Position numbers and translations under genes: made by a program. This document shows positions 13,280 to 25,377 of a stretch of 64,000 nt of DNA, piece by piece (within the stretch, counting starts at the first letter, position 1; the number at the start of each line of letters is the position of its first letter). This DNA comes from the human T2T-CHM13v2.0 reference genome, Homo sapiens, in the NCBI RefSeq assembly GCF_009914755.1, contig NC_060926.1. One strand, written 5' to 3'. The notes beneath the pieces were generated by a model. It worked only from the letters and a program-made list of their open reading frames with translations. It made no database searches and was not told the origin of the DNA.

Positions 13280-15330
13280 CAGAAATATAAGAAAATTTGT
13301 TTATATAGTCACATTCTTTGAGGATAACACAATAAAATTAGAAATGAATAATAAGTATCTTCCTCCAAAGAATACATACAAGAAGTAAAAATACACTTCT
13401 AAGTAACTATTGATGCAAAGAAAATTTTATAATCAAATGTATAAAGTACTTATAACTGAGTGATGAAAAATATACAGTTCAAATTTGTGAGATGCAACTA
13501 AACAGTTCTTCAGAAATTTAGTTCTATAAGCTCTTAGATACCATATTAAAAGAACTGATAAATAAATCGTTAAAGCCTTATATCTGTGTATTTTAAAAAG
13601 AAAAAACCCTCAGAATTCATAACCTGAGCATTACAGTCAAGATGTTAGAAAAATAACAAAGTATATTTAAAAATATAGGATGACGAAAAATAGCAAAGAT
13701 AATATTAATTGCAAAAATAAGTTGTATAGAGGAACAGAAGAATAAAATTCTGGTTATTTGAAAGAAAGGTAAAATATACAAACCTATCTTGATATTGATG
13801 AATATACAAAAAATAATAGGAAATTAATTGTATTTACATTTTAAAGGCTGAAAGAACTACAATATATTCAGTAATGCAGAGCAGATAAAAGTTTAAAATA
13901 ACAAAGATTTGCAAATAACGTGCTACGAGTAAACATGGATATTTAAGTGAAAAACTAAATTTCAGAAAATAAAATGCATTTCCAAATGACTTCAGAAAAA
14001 CAGGCATCTCAGTTCTACTCAGAAGAAAGTAACAGGTTTTGATGGTTCTTTTGGATTTTTCCAAATCTTCAAGGAACAGATAAACTCTAATTTCAAAACT
14101 TATCTGAAAGCAGAAAGATAAGCATACCCCCAATATTTTTTATGAGACCACTGAAACTTTGGTGCTGGACAAAGATAATATTAGAAATAAATATCACTGA
14201 TGAATATAGATACAAAATTTGTAAATAAAATATCAGCTCTTCAAATCTAGCAATGTCTCATACATACAGTAAAGATTATTTCAAGATTGTAAGAAGAATT
14301 TAATTTCAGAAAATTTAATTATATATTCCACTGTTTAAACACATTAATGGAGGGTAAAATTTTGACAAATTTGAGAATTTGGATAAATCACAATTCTCAA
14401 ACATTGACAGTAAAATTACTTTGAAAAATAGTTTTTTGGTATCTATAAACTTGAAGACATACATATACTAGTATTCAGCAATTTCAGTCCTAGATGTGTG
14501 ATAGAGAATTCATTATATGGGACCAAGAACGTAAAGAATATGTGCATGATTTCTAATAAAGAATAGTAAGGAAATTTAAATGTTAATCCATAGGCGGTAG
14601 AAATGTACATTATGGTATATTCTTATAATGTATTACTATTTGATAAATTAGATTATATGTATCCAAAAGAATACATCTCTAGTATATACATTTAAATGAA
14701 AAAACGAAGTTTCATCACTCCGAAAAGCAAGCTACTAAAGGAGATTAATAGTATAACAAAAATTATGTTGCCAGGCATGGTGACTCAGGCCTGTAATCCT
14801 AGCACTGTGGGACGCTAAGGCGGGAGGATCGCTTGAAGCCAGGAGTTTGAGACCAACCTGGACAACAAAGCGAGACCCTATCTCTACAAAATGAATGAAT
14901 GAATAAATAAATAAACAAACAAAGGTAGCCAGGCATGGTGGGTGCGCATCTGTAGTTTCAACTACTTGGTACGCTGAGGAGGGAGGATTTGAGCCAGGGA
15001 GTCTGAGGCTGCAGTGAGCTGTGATTGCATCACTGCTCTCCAGCCTGGGTGACAGAGCATGACCCTGTTTAAAACAAACCAAAAAGGTATGTAAACTATA
15101 AAAATATATGACACGATAATGTAGACAGACCAAAATGTAGTCAAAATATTTAAAGCTAAACCAGAAATATATAAACCAACTTAAAAATAGTAACTCCCTG
15201 TGTGGAAAGAAGATGGGAAGGAATGATTGGAGGCTCTAACTTTATCTGTGATGTTTTATATTCTTTTTAAAAATCAGAAATGAATATAAAAAAATCAATA
15301 TTTACTAATTCTTGATGGAGCATTTATGCA
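13280..15330 (+). mobile_element. Ancient L1 (L1ME-like) ORF2 and 3' remnants
   Basis: A-rich with degenerate L1 motifs (aataaaattagaaatgaataat, aatttgtgagatgcaactaa, cagcaatttcagtcctag); interrupted by an Alu. Confidence 0.7.
14770..15086 (+). mobile_element. AluJ
   Basis: gggaggatcgcttgaagccaggagtttg; gaggctgcagtgagctgtgattg. Confidence 0.9.
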
Positions 15331-15710
15331 TCACAAAATACCTTTGTATTATGAGTGACCATATGGATAAGCTCTTTCTTTTTCAGATATGGAGATGGAA
15401 ATTGAGACAGTTCATGGACTGCAAGATGAGAGACAAATAGTAGCATAACTAGGGAAAGAAATTCATTTTCTCCTATCTCCAAATTCAGTATTTTTTTCAA
15501 TGAAATTATGCTGACTTTAATCAGGTAGGTTTTACGTGTTATTTTAATGAGGTTCAATAGAAATATTATACCCCCATTCAGATTTTATTCTTTTGATGAG
15601 TTCCCCAGTGTCTTTCTTATTTGTTTCATTCTGCCCTATAATAATAAGAGTTATTTACATCTCTATCTTTCCTACTCTAACAGTCCCTGGATTTCAAGGA
15701 TCATGCTTTA

Positions 15711-16773
15711 ATCATCTTTTTATCTCCATTCATCAAAGTATCTTATGCAAAAAAAGACATTCAATACGTGTTTGATGAATCAAATACATTGGTTTATTCA
15801 TCCAACAGGTTGAACAAACATGTTTTGAACATTCATGATAGGTCATGTACTATGCCATGCACTGGGCTAATTGTCACAGGTAAAATGGGTGAAGGTTTAA
15901 GCTATAAAGAGTTATTTAGATGCTTTGCAACTAGCATTCATCTTGGAGTTTCTGTTACCATCACTAACCTATTTCTATAGAAATCCAAACACATAAGGAA
16001 TGCAATGTTCTCAGATTGATGAGCTAAATCTAAAGAGCTAAATCTAAAGAATCTAAAGAGAAGGCACATGTTGGTACGATTGCTCCTCAAATAATCAATA
16101 TGTTTTTGCTAATTTTACAGCATGAAAGAATTTATGTACCAGGGTAAAGCTAATCAACCCCAAAATAAAAATCTCCATGCCTTTCCTCTATTTCCATCCT
16201 TTTAAAATTTTAATGATGTAAAAATAAGATACTCACAACACTGATAACACTTTAAAAAACTTTAGTGTTTCACATGGTATTTTATTTCTGGGTGAGAAAG
16301 AGTAAGCCCGTTCTATCCTGTCTCTTTCACTAAATACAGCTATGCAAACTGAACAGAATGCATGAAGTAGCTATTTAAGGAATGGAGAGTAAATAATATC
16401 TGATAGATTTGGACGACTAGAATTGAAAGTACCACCAAACTATTGATTAGTTTATCTGTTTTTTTTTTCCCTAGTCTTCACAATCTCAACTCAACACAAT
16501 CCAAAACTAACAGGGCAGCTCCAGGGAAAGGTCTCTAGTTCCGGCTCAAATAGAGAAAAAGCATCTCCCAGTAGTCAGAAAAGAATGAATGAAATTCATT
16601 TTCATTTATGCCTGACAATTATCCCAGTGCATGGCACAGTACATGACTTTCGATGAATGTTCGAAACATGTTTGTTCAACATGTTGGATGAATAAACTAA
16701 TATATTTTATTCATCAAACATATATTGAATGCCTTTTGTGCATATGACACTATGATGGAGATAAAAAGATGAT
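15711..16773. repeat. Inverted repeat, arms 15711-15876 and 16613-16773, made of tail-to-tail L2 3' ends
   Basis: Reverse complement of 16613-16773 aligns to 15711-15876 at ~85-90% identity by eye. Confidence 0.9.
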
Positions 16774-17464
16774 GAAATTTCTCCATTTTTCTTTTCTTTT
16801 TTCTTCTGTTTTTTCTCACCTCAGCCCTGAAGCAATCACCAACAGTGGTGGCACCAACAATGGCAGAGATAGGAGCCAACAAGAGCCTAATTTTCTTATA
16901 GAGAGTAATCTTTCTTATAAGAAAAACTGTGATTTGAAATGGATAAATCAAATCTTCATTGCTTTTTATTTCTGTGTATCCTTGTATCGCATAGTGCAAG
17001 ATGCAGGCACAATCATGTGAAATGTATGATAGACTAGGGCAAATAAAATCCCAGCTTTCTGACAAGGGCAAAGTAAAGGAAAGGATTGCAGAACCATAAA
17101 GCAGAAGAAGGATAAAAGAGGAAAACTTTCATGAAAGTGACCCCATAAGTTGTCTTTGAAATTTCAGCCTCACCCTCAAGCTGCATATACATGGATCTGA
17201 TCTTAACAGCATTCCATAGACTTTGAGAAGTAAACAATGGAATAGACTACCACTCAGGTCCCCAAATGGCCAGTGAGTATTATAACCATGGAACAAATAT
17301 GCGAAATATTGCAAAAAGTTTGAAAATGAAATTGACGTTGAAACCATAATCACAGAAGTCTAGTCAAAACTTGTGGCCTGAATCTAACCACACCAAGGGC
17401 CTGCTCAAAATTTAAAAGTAATAATAAAGTAAAATTTCCCACAGGACTTAAAGAAGACTCCAAA

Positions 17465-17745
17465 TTTTTTCTTTTCTCAGACAGGGTCTTGATCTGTCAC
17501 CAAGGCTGAAGTGTAGTGATGTGATCATAGCTCACTACAGCCTTGAACTCCTGGCTTAAGGAATTCTCCCATCTCAGCCTCCTGAGTAACTAGGACAGCA
17601 GGCACAGACCCCCAGGCCTGGCTAATTTTTTTAAAACTTTGGGGAGATACGGTCTTGCTATATTGCCCAGACTAGGCTCCAGTGATCCTCCCATCTTGGC
17701 CTCCCAAATTGCTGAGGTAATAAGTGTGAGCTACCATGCCTGGGC
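17465..17745 (-). mobile_element. AluJ
   Basis: Reverse Alu with gatcatagctcactacagcc (J right arm). Confidence 0.88.
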
Positions 17746-18092
17746 TGACCTAGTGTTTTATAACATAATACTCAAAATGTTCAGGAGACCATCTAAAATT
17801 ACTTGGTAAGCTAAGAACCAGAAAAAGACAATGACAGATGTCAATGCCAAGATGACACAGATATCAGAACTGTATCATAAAGGACTTTAAAACAGCTATG
17901 ATATGCTTTAATATTTTATAGTGAATGCTTTTGAAACAAAGAAAGAAAATTTCAAAGAGAAGATATTAAGAATAACCAAATAGAATTTTAAGAACTAAAA
18001 AAATCATTTAGTAGTCAAGTTCAATAGACAACTGGAGATAATAAAAGTAAGAGCCAGATAACTTGCACATAGGTCAATAAAAAGTATTCATT

Positions 18093-18489
18093 CATGGATA
18101 CTCTTCAGCCATAAAAAAAGAATGGAATACTGTCTTTGTCAGCAACTTGAATGAAACTAGAGGCCATTATTCTAAGTGAAGTAACTCAGGAATCAACGAA
18201 CTACCTCATGTTCTCAGTTATAAGTAAGAGCAAAGCTATGGGTACACAAAGGCATTCAGAGTGGTGTAATGGTCATCGAAGACCCAGGAGGGAGAAGGGT
18301 AGGAGGGGAATGAGGGAGGAAAAAGATACCTATTGGGTACAATGTACACTACTCAGGTGACAGGTGCACTAAAATCCCAGACTTCACCACTATACAATTT
18401 ATCCACGTAACCAAAAACCACTTATACCCCTGAAGCTACTGAAATCAAAATAAATAAAAATAAAAATAAAGAATCACCACTGTAAAAAA
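18093..18489 (+). mobile_element. 5'-truncated L1PB 3' end
   Basis: L1PB 3' UTR (aaaatcccagacttcaccactatacaa...gtaaccaaaaaccact); 14-bp TSD aaaaagtattcatt at 18079-18092 and 18490-18503. Confidence 0.88.
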
Positions 18490-19424
18490 AAAAAGTATTC
18501 ATTTAGAACTAAGAGGAAAAAAAATTTCTAAAATGAGCATGTGAGACCATAACAAAGTATAAATATTCATATTATTATAGTCTAAGGAGGGATGAATAAA
18601 AACTGCAATATAGAAAAAAATATTTGAGGAAATAGTGAAGGAAAACTTCACAAATTTGGTGAAAGACATGAACCTATCAATTTAAATTGAGAGGTCAGCA
18701 AACTTCTAAACTCATAATAATTTATGCACAAACACATTATAATCAAACTGCAGACAAGCTAAAGACATATATCTTGAAGACAATCAAAGAAAAATAACAT
18801 ATTACCTAGAGGGGAACAATGATTCAAATGTCTTTGGATTTCTCATCAGAAACCATGGAGCCATATATGCAAAAGGGTTGTAAGCAAATGAGCACTAAGT
18901 AAAAAATTACCATCTTGCTATTTATTCTTAAAAGCACTGATGAAATAAGATGTTTACTAAAGTACTATTGGTTGTGAAAACAATACAAAATTTCTGACGT
19001 GCATATGCAACCTAAAATATGAAATCCAGAATATAGTTTGTTCAATTTTTATGGAAAGTGACATTTAACAAAGAGTAAAGCAAGAATATTTTATTCCCTG
19101 ATTTTTGTGTGCTTAATCAGTCTTTACTTAGTTCTCATCATTACTGTAATAGGTACACAAAAGTTCAACTTTTAAGCCAAAGATTGCGTTTATGAATTCT
19201 GTAACTTAGCACTGTATTTTGCTTTAAAGCCTGAATATTAAAACTTCAAGTGAAATTTCTTGTCAAATAGTTATAATTTCTTTGAAATGCCGATTTACTA
19301 ATGTAACTTGGGCAGTCAGTTTTGCAAAGTGGGCTATATCTGCATTGCAATGAGTTTATACTAATTGTTTAGTATATAGAACACAACTTAGTTTCCTTAT
19401 TTGCAATCTGGGTAGACAGATTGA

Positions 19425-20630
19425 AGTCTTTTACTGATTTTTTAAAGATGAATTGTTTGATTTCTTACAAATCAAACAATTGAGTTTTGAGAGTTATGTT
19501 AATACAATTTCTTCATTAGATATGTCATATTCAGATATCTTCTCTCAGTCCTTAGCTTAATATTTATTCTTTTCTCAGGAACTTTGGAGAGCAGAAGTTT
19601 TAAATTTTGATGAGGTCCTGTTTATTGTGGGTTTTTATTTCTATTATGTATTATGCTTTTGCTGTAATGCCTCAGAACTCCTTGACTAACCTAGGTCACA
19701 ATGATTTTTCTTCTTTATATTCTTCTAAAAGTTTAATAATATTATGGTTTAAATTTAGATCTATGACTATTCTAGTCAATTTTTGTACAAGCTATAAAAT
19801 GTAGGTCAGTGTTTTTTCTTCCATATGGATATTCAATTTTTTCAACACTACTTGTTAAAAAGATGACTCTCTCTCCACTGAACTACTTTTGTGCCTTTGT
19901 CAAAAATTAGTTGACCATATTTCTAAATCAATCTGTGATCCCTTTACTTTGTTCAATAATCTAGGTATTCATTGCTTTATCATTATCATTTGAATTATTA
20001 TAGGTTTATAGTAAGTCTTAAAGCCAGATGTGATTCCTTCAACTTTATTCCTCCTTTTCAGTATTGTTTTCACTATTTTGTCTTTCCATATAAATTGTAA
20101 AATCTGTTTTTCATATTTAAAAACAAAATCTTAGATACTGATTGCAACTGCATTAAATCTTATATTATTCTGAGTAGAATTGACTATATTGAGTCTTCTG
20201 ATCTATAAACACTATGCTTCTACATTTATTTAGATCTTCTTTGATTTCATTTATTGGAATTTTTAAAAATTTAGAGCATACAGATCCTATACAAGCTTTG
20301 TTATATTTATATCAATTATTTAATTTTTGGAAATATTGTAAATGGTTTGTTTTACAATAATTAGCTGCTCATCTATGGTAACACAGGTAATTTTGGTTGT
20401 TCTTGCATACTTCAGCCATACTAAGCCCACTTATTAGTTCTAGAAATATTTTTATAGATTTCTTGAGATTTTATATGTAGAAAGTCATGCCATATGTGAA
20501 TAAGAACAGTTTTATTTCTTCTATTCCAATCTGCATGCTTTTTCTGTACTTTTCTGGCTTTATTGCACTGTTTAGAATTCCACAGGCCAATGTTGAATAG
20601 CATAGCGTGAACATCTTTTCCTTGCTCCCT
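19425..20630 (-). mobile_element. L1M ORF2 remnant
   Basis: T-rich reverse L1 ORF2 (tttaaatttagatctatga, cctttgtcaaaaattagttgaccatat, caatgttgaatag). Confidence 0.8.
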
Positions 20631-20749
20631 CAGGCTGTGGCCAGCTCTCCAAAATGACGCAATGCTGGCTATTGGAAGATAAGCAGAAATGCACAGGAAT
20701 GGTCATATTGTCCAAAGGAACATGGATGGAACCTTTACAGCATCTGTTA

Positions 20750-21625
20750 TAGAAACTACAAGAAATGCATCTTTACTCAGAACACAAGGTAGTCGAAAGC
20801 AGAAAGTTGGGAAAAAACATATCTCAGGCAAATTCTAAAGGAAGGGAAGGTAGTATAAGATATATAGCCATATTAATATTAGATAAAGTAGAATTTAATG
20901 CAAGGAGAACTACCAGAAAAAATTAAGAATATTTCATAATGATAAAAGTTTTAGTCTACTAGAAAATATAACAATTTTAAATTTGTATGCTTCAATCCCA
21001 TAATCTCAGAATATATTAAGTAAATTAGATATAACTTCAGAGGAAATACACAAATCATAGAGGTTTTAACACATCTCTTTCAGTAACTGATAGAACAGAT
21101 AAAGTTACAGAAGACCTAAACAATCCATTTAACAAATACCAAATAACTTCAAAGTACAAAGTCATTTCAAACAGACCTGCAGCATATTAAAAAAATGTTT
21201 CATGTGATCAGCCTTAAAGTCTCGGAAAATGTTAAAGGCTTTAAATCATGTACAACAAAGGGGAGTTAACTTAGAAACTAATAAAAATAACTAGAAAACA
21301 TCTCCTCCCAATGTTTGGAATATGTGACCTTTTTAAAAATAGATCAAAGAAATAATCACAATGGAAATTATAAAATAGTTTGAGTATGACCATGAAAATA
21401 TGGCATATAAAAACCTGTGAGATACAGTTAAACTCCCCTAAAGAGGCGTAGGTTATAGCCTTAAAAGCATATATTAAAAGTTTACAAATGCAAAAATCCA
21501 TGATTGAAAAAGCCATCACAAGAACATGGAAAAGGAAAACAAATAAAACCTAAAAGATACAGAAGGGAGAAAATAAAGAGCAAAGATGAATGAGATAACA
21601 AAAAAAATACAGCCAAGAAGACCAG
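20750..21625 (+). mobile_element. L1M ORF2 endonuclease-region remnant
   Basis: atattaatattagataaagtagaattt, ataacaattttaaatttgtatgc, aaaacctgtgagatacag. Confidence 0.75.
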
Positions 21626-22150
21626 CAAAGGCATTTCCAAAGGTCCACTTGATGTTGGTCATTGTAAATGTAAAGTAACATCTGCCAGCATAATGTGTAC
21701 ATGTATGTTTCCATTAAATTCAGCTTCCCAAATGTAGTCAATGAAAAAATGGACTGTTGCCTTTACTAGTGCTGGTGTTTTTCCAAAAGACAAGAACTGA
21801 AAATAAAGAGGGACAGGAGAGAGGGAGACGGGTATGGAGGGAAGTTTTGATAATGAGACTGTTACAGCTAAAATAGGTAAGGAAGAATGTAAAGCAATGG
21901 CATGATTGACAAATGATGTAACATCAATGGACTGAATAGGGCAGTGTAAGAGTGGAGGGTTTGAAACTGAATCATGAGAGGAGTGGTATAGTTTTCGCTA
22001 ACGACATTCTTTGTGTCATAATCTCTGGGAATAAATACATTGAGTTATAGTGAAAGTTTGTTGGATAAGAATGGAGGTTTGAGTTTTAGTCCAAGGTAAC
22101 AGAATATTTAGAATTACGAGGAGATAAGTATTCGTAAAGGAATTCCCTTC

Positions 22151-22338
22151 ATAAGGGGAACATAACACCCCGGGGCCTGTTGCGGGGTGGGGTCGGGGGA
22201 GGGATAGCATTAGGAGATATACCTAATGTAAATGACGAGTTAATGGGTTCAGCACACCACAGGGCACATGTATACATATGTAACAAACCTGCACGTAGTG
22301 CACATGTACCCTAAAACTTAAAGTATAATAAAAAATAA
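22151..22338 (+). mobile_element. Short L1PA (PA4-7-like) 3' end
   Basis: gggatagcattaggagatatacctaatgtaaatgacgagttaatggg...aaacttaaagtataataaaa; imperfect TSD aaaggaattccctt/aaagaaattctctt. Confidence 0.92.
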
Positions 22339-24294
22339 AAAGAAATTCTCTTAAGCACTATAACTTCATGTCATGACTCATACAGATTAAAAATCTCAAT
22401 ATAGATATCTCTAATATTTACTCCCTTCAACAATTATTGTAATCTCTCTATATATTCTAAAGATTTTATAGAACAAATCTATGGCTTCTTCAAATGTATA
22501 TTATCAGTGCCACTTTCAAACAGACTTTCTGAAATTTTCTAACTTAGGACTACAATGTCCCTTCTTCCTCTAAACAGCCGCTCAATGTCTCATTTTCTAT
22601 GCTTAGAGGTCCAAGACTATGGTTTACTTTCATTTTAAAGAAAACTTACTGAAATAAGATTTCGATATCAGTGTTATTTACTCTCACCATTAGAATTGTA
22701 GAAATATTTTTTATTAAACAACAATTGCTGTTTATTTTGCATGCTGCCAAATGATACTCCTGGATTTATTCACTCATACATGCAATGCATGCAATAATAT
22801 TTATTGAGCTCTTTTCTACATACCTGGTATTTTTCTAGATAATAAGCAATGACAGTGAATAAAAAAGACCAAGTTCTTACCCTTATGAATCTTACATTTT
22901 AATTGGAGGAGACCAGTGATAAAAATAAATAAAAGCCAGTGAATTTGAATGCTATAAAATAAAAGCAAGATAAAATGATAGATGGAATAACGGTGGTCTT
23001 CTTTTATATAAGGTGGTCAGAAAAGACCTCACAGAAGAGGTAATTTGAGAACAGAGACCAAAATAAAATGAGATAGTAAGTTATACGGATAAGGGAAAAC
23101 TCACAGAGTCAGAGAACTGTTCCTAGTAAATGCAAAGGCCTGAGACAGGAACATACCTTGTTTGAGGAATGGTTGAAGCAAGCTAGTATGGCTGGTACAG
23201 TGAGCTCATGGGAGAATGCTAGCTATAAGGTATGAGAGGAGAAAGTGGAGTTTGGATAAATAAATCACATATGGCCCTAAGTTAACAAGTTGCATTTTAT
23301 TCTGAGTGAGCTGGGGAAGGTTTTGGAAAATTTTGAGCTTAGGAAGTTATTCTATTGGAATTGCATTTTTTAAAGAAACACTGGCTTCTTTAGAGAGAAT
23401 AGATTGTAGGGAGATAAAAGCAAATGGATGAAGACCAGTTAGTAAGCTGTGGTAATAGTTCAATTGAGATAATAGTATATTTGTATCAAGGAAGATATGA
23501 AAAGTAATTAGATCCTGGTTGATTTTAAAGAGAGAACACACACATTTTGTCACTAAATTGGATTGAAATTGAGAGGGGATTTTGAGAGAAGGAAAGGAAT
23601 CAAGGATGATTCTATGTTTTTTTTCCTTAAGCTACTATGTGAATGCAATATCCATTTACTGAAATGGAGATGACTGAAAAAAGCAGAGTGAAAATCAAGA
23701 TTTCACTTTTGGTGGATTGAATCTGAGATGTCTTTTATACATCCAAGTGCAGAGATTGAATATGAGTCTGAATTTCATGAGAAAGATCAGGGCTGAAGAC
23801 GGTACTTAAAGCAATTGAATTAGATGAGTACACAGGGTCATAGTAGATAGAAAAGAGATAAAATCTGAGAATTGAGCATTGAAGATCTGTGATATTGAGA
23901 GGCTGTGAAGATGAGAGTGATTCACCAAAAGAGATGGTAAAGAACAACCAGAGTATAGGAGAAAGAAAAAAAGGGAATATTGTCCTGGAGGCTAAATGAA
24001 GAAAATACTTCCAGAAGAAGTATGGATTTTGCTATTATCAAATAAAATAGGAGAAAGATAAGCCAATGGACTCAGCAAGGTGAAGTTTACTTGGTGACAA
24101 TAACGACAGAAGATCTGATGAATTTATGGAAACAAATCCTGATTGGAGCAGAGTCAAAAGAGAGAAAGAAAAATAGAGACAGTGAATATAGACAATATTT
24201 TAGGACATTTTCTCTAAAGGAGGGCAGAAAAGTGGGGTGGTATCTGGATAAAGATGTCGGGATAAGATAATTTTTTAAAATAGAAGACATTGCA

Positions 24295-24590
24295 AGCGAA
24301 TTAACACAGGAACAGAAAAACAAATACCACATGTTCTCACTTATAATTGGGAGCTAAACATTGGACACTCATAGCCATAAAGATGGCAACAATAGACACT
24401 GGGGACTACTAAAGAGGGGAGAGAGGGAAAGAGGGAAAGAAGGGCTGAAAAACTAACCATTGAGTACTATGCTCAGTACCTGGGTGATGGCATGAACTGT
24501 ACCCCAAAACTCAGCATCACACAATATACCCATGTAACAAACCTGTACATGTACCCCATGAATCTAAAATAAAAGTTGAATTACAAAAAA
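24295..24590 (+). mobile_element. L1PA16/17-like 3' end
   Basis: cataaagatggcaacaatagacactggggactact...aatctaaaataaaagttgaa; perfect 11-bp TSD aagacattgca. Confidence 0.88.
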
Positions 24591-25056
24591 AAGACATTGC
24601 AGAATTTTTACACAGAGAATCAAAAAATTAAGCAGGGGGGAGGAAATCAATTCTCAAAGATGGAAAAGGATCAAGTGTAGGAGCAATATTCATAAGTGAG
24701 TCAGAGGAAATGTCATTTACTGCATATATGGAGAGACGGACCTTAAATAGAAGCGTGGAGAGTCGTCTGTTCCAGTTGGAGTAAGACAAGGTATATGAGT
24801 TTAGATGAAAGTAGGTAGTTTTAATGCTAGAACTATATACACATTACCTTCTTATTGTATCTCTTTCAACAGTAAAATACGGAGCAAGGTTATTAGCTAA
24901 GAATAGAGGAAGGCTGTTAAAAGTTTCGGAAATGAGAAGATATAAAATAGTTGTCTCAGAAAATGAGAGAGTGATTTGACTTGGGAAATATGAGAGGATT
25001 TCCAGATAACCCAGGAGCCAACCAAAGGTTTGTGGTCATAATTTTAAACTGAGTTC

Positions 25057-25377
25057 GGCTAAGAGTGGTCGCTCATGCCTGTAATCCCAGCACTTTCAGA
25101 GGCTGAGATGGGAGAATTGCTTGAGGCCAGGAGTTCGAGACCAGCCTGGACAACAACATAGTGAGACCCTGTCTTTACAAAAAATTTTTAAAATAGACAA
25201 TCAGTTGGATGTCATGGTGCACACATGTGGTCCTAGCTACACAGGAGACTACTAAGGTGGAAGCACTGTTCAAGCCCAGGAGTTCAGGGCTACAGTGAGC
25301 TATGATCACGTCACTTCACTCTAGTCTGGATGACAGAGACTCTGTTACTAAAAAAATAAAAATAAAAATAAAAAAAT
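25057..25377 (+). mobile_element. AluJ
   Basis: Diverged dimeric Alu, agtgagctatgatc. Confidence 0.88.

Larger units (their letters stand above)
16290..18860 (+). mobile_element. L1MC/MD-like 5' UTR and ORF1 remnant
   Basis: tcaatgccaagatgacacagatat, aaaacttcacaaatttggtgaaagacatgaacc and ttctcatcagaaaccatggag are ORF1-region motifs. Confidence 0.7.

Noticed and set aside
16021-16060. gagctaaatctaaa short tandem copies, and gattcaaaaa copies near 54876-54913
   Set aside because: Ordinary micro-duplications with no further structure.
20634-20790. Exon-like filler after an L1-derived acceptor; one frame reads QRNMDGTF, vaguely Ig C1-like
   Set aside because: That frame has a stop shortly after the acceptor, the donor is weak, the distal part looks like L1, and the similarity is too short to support.
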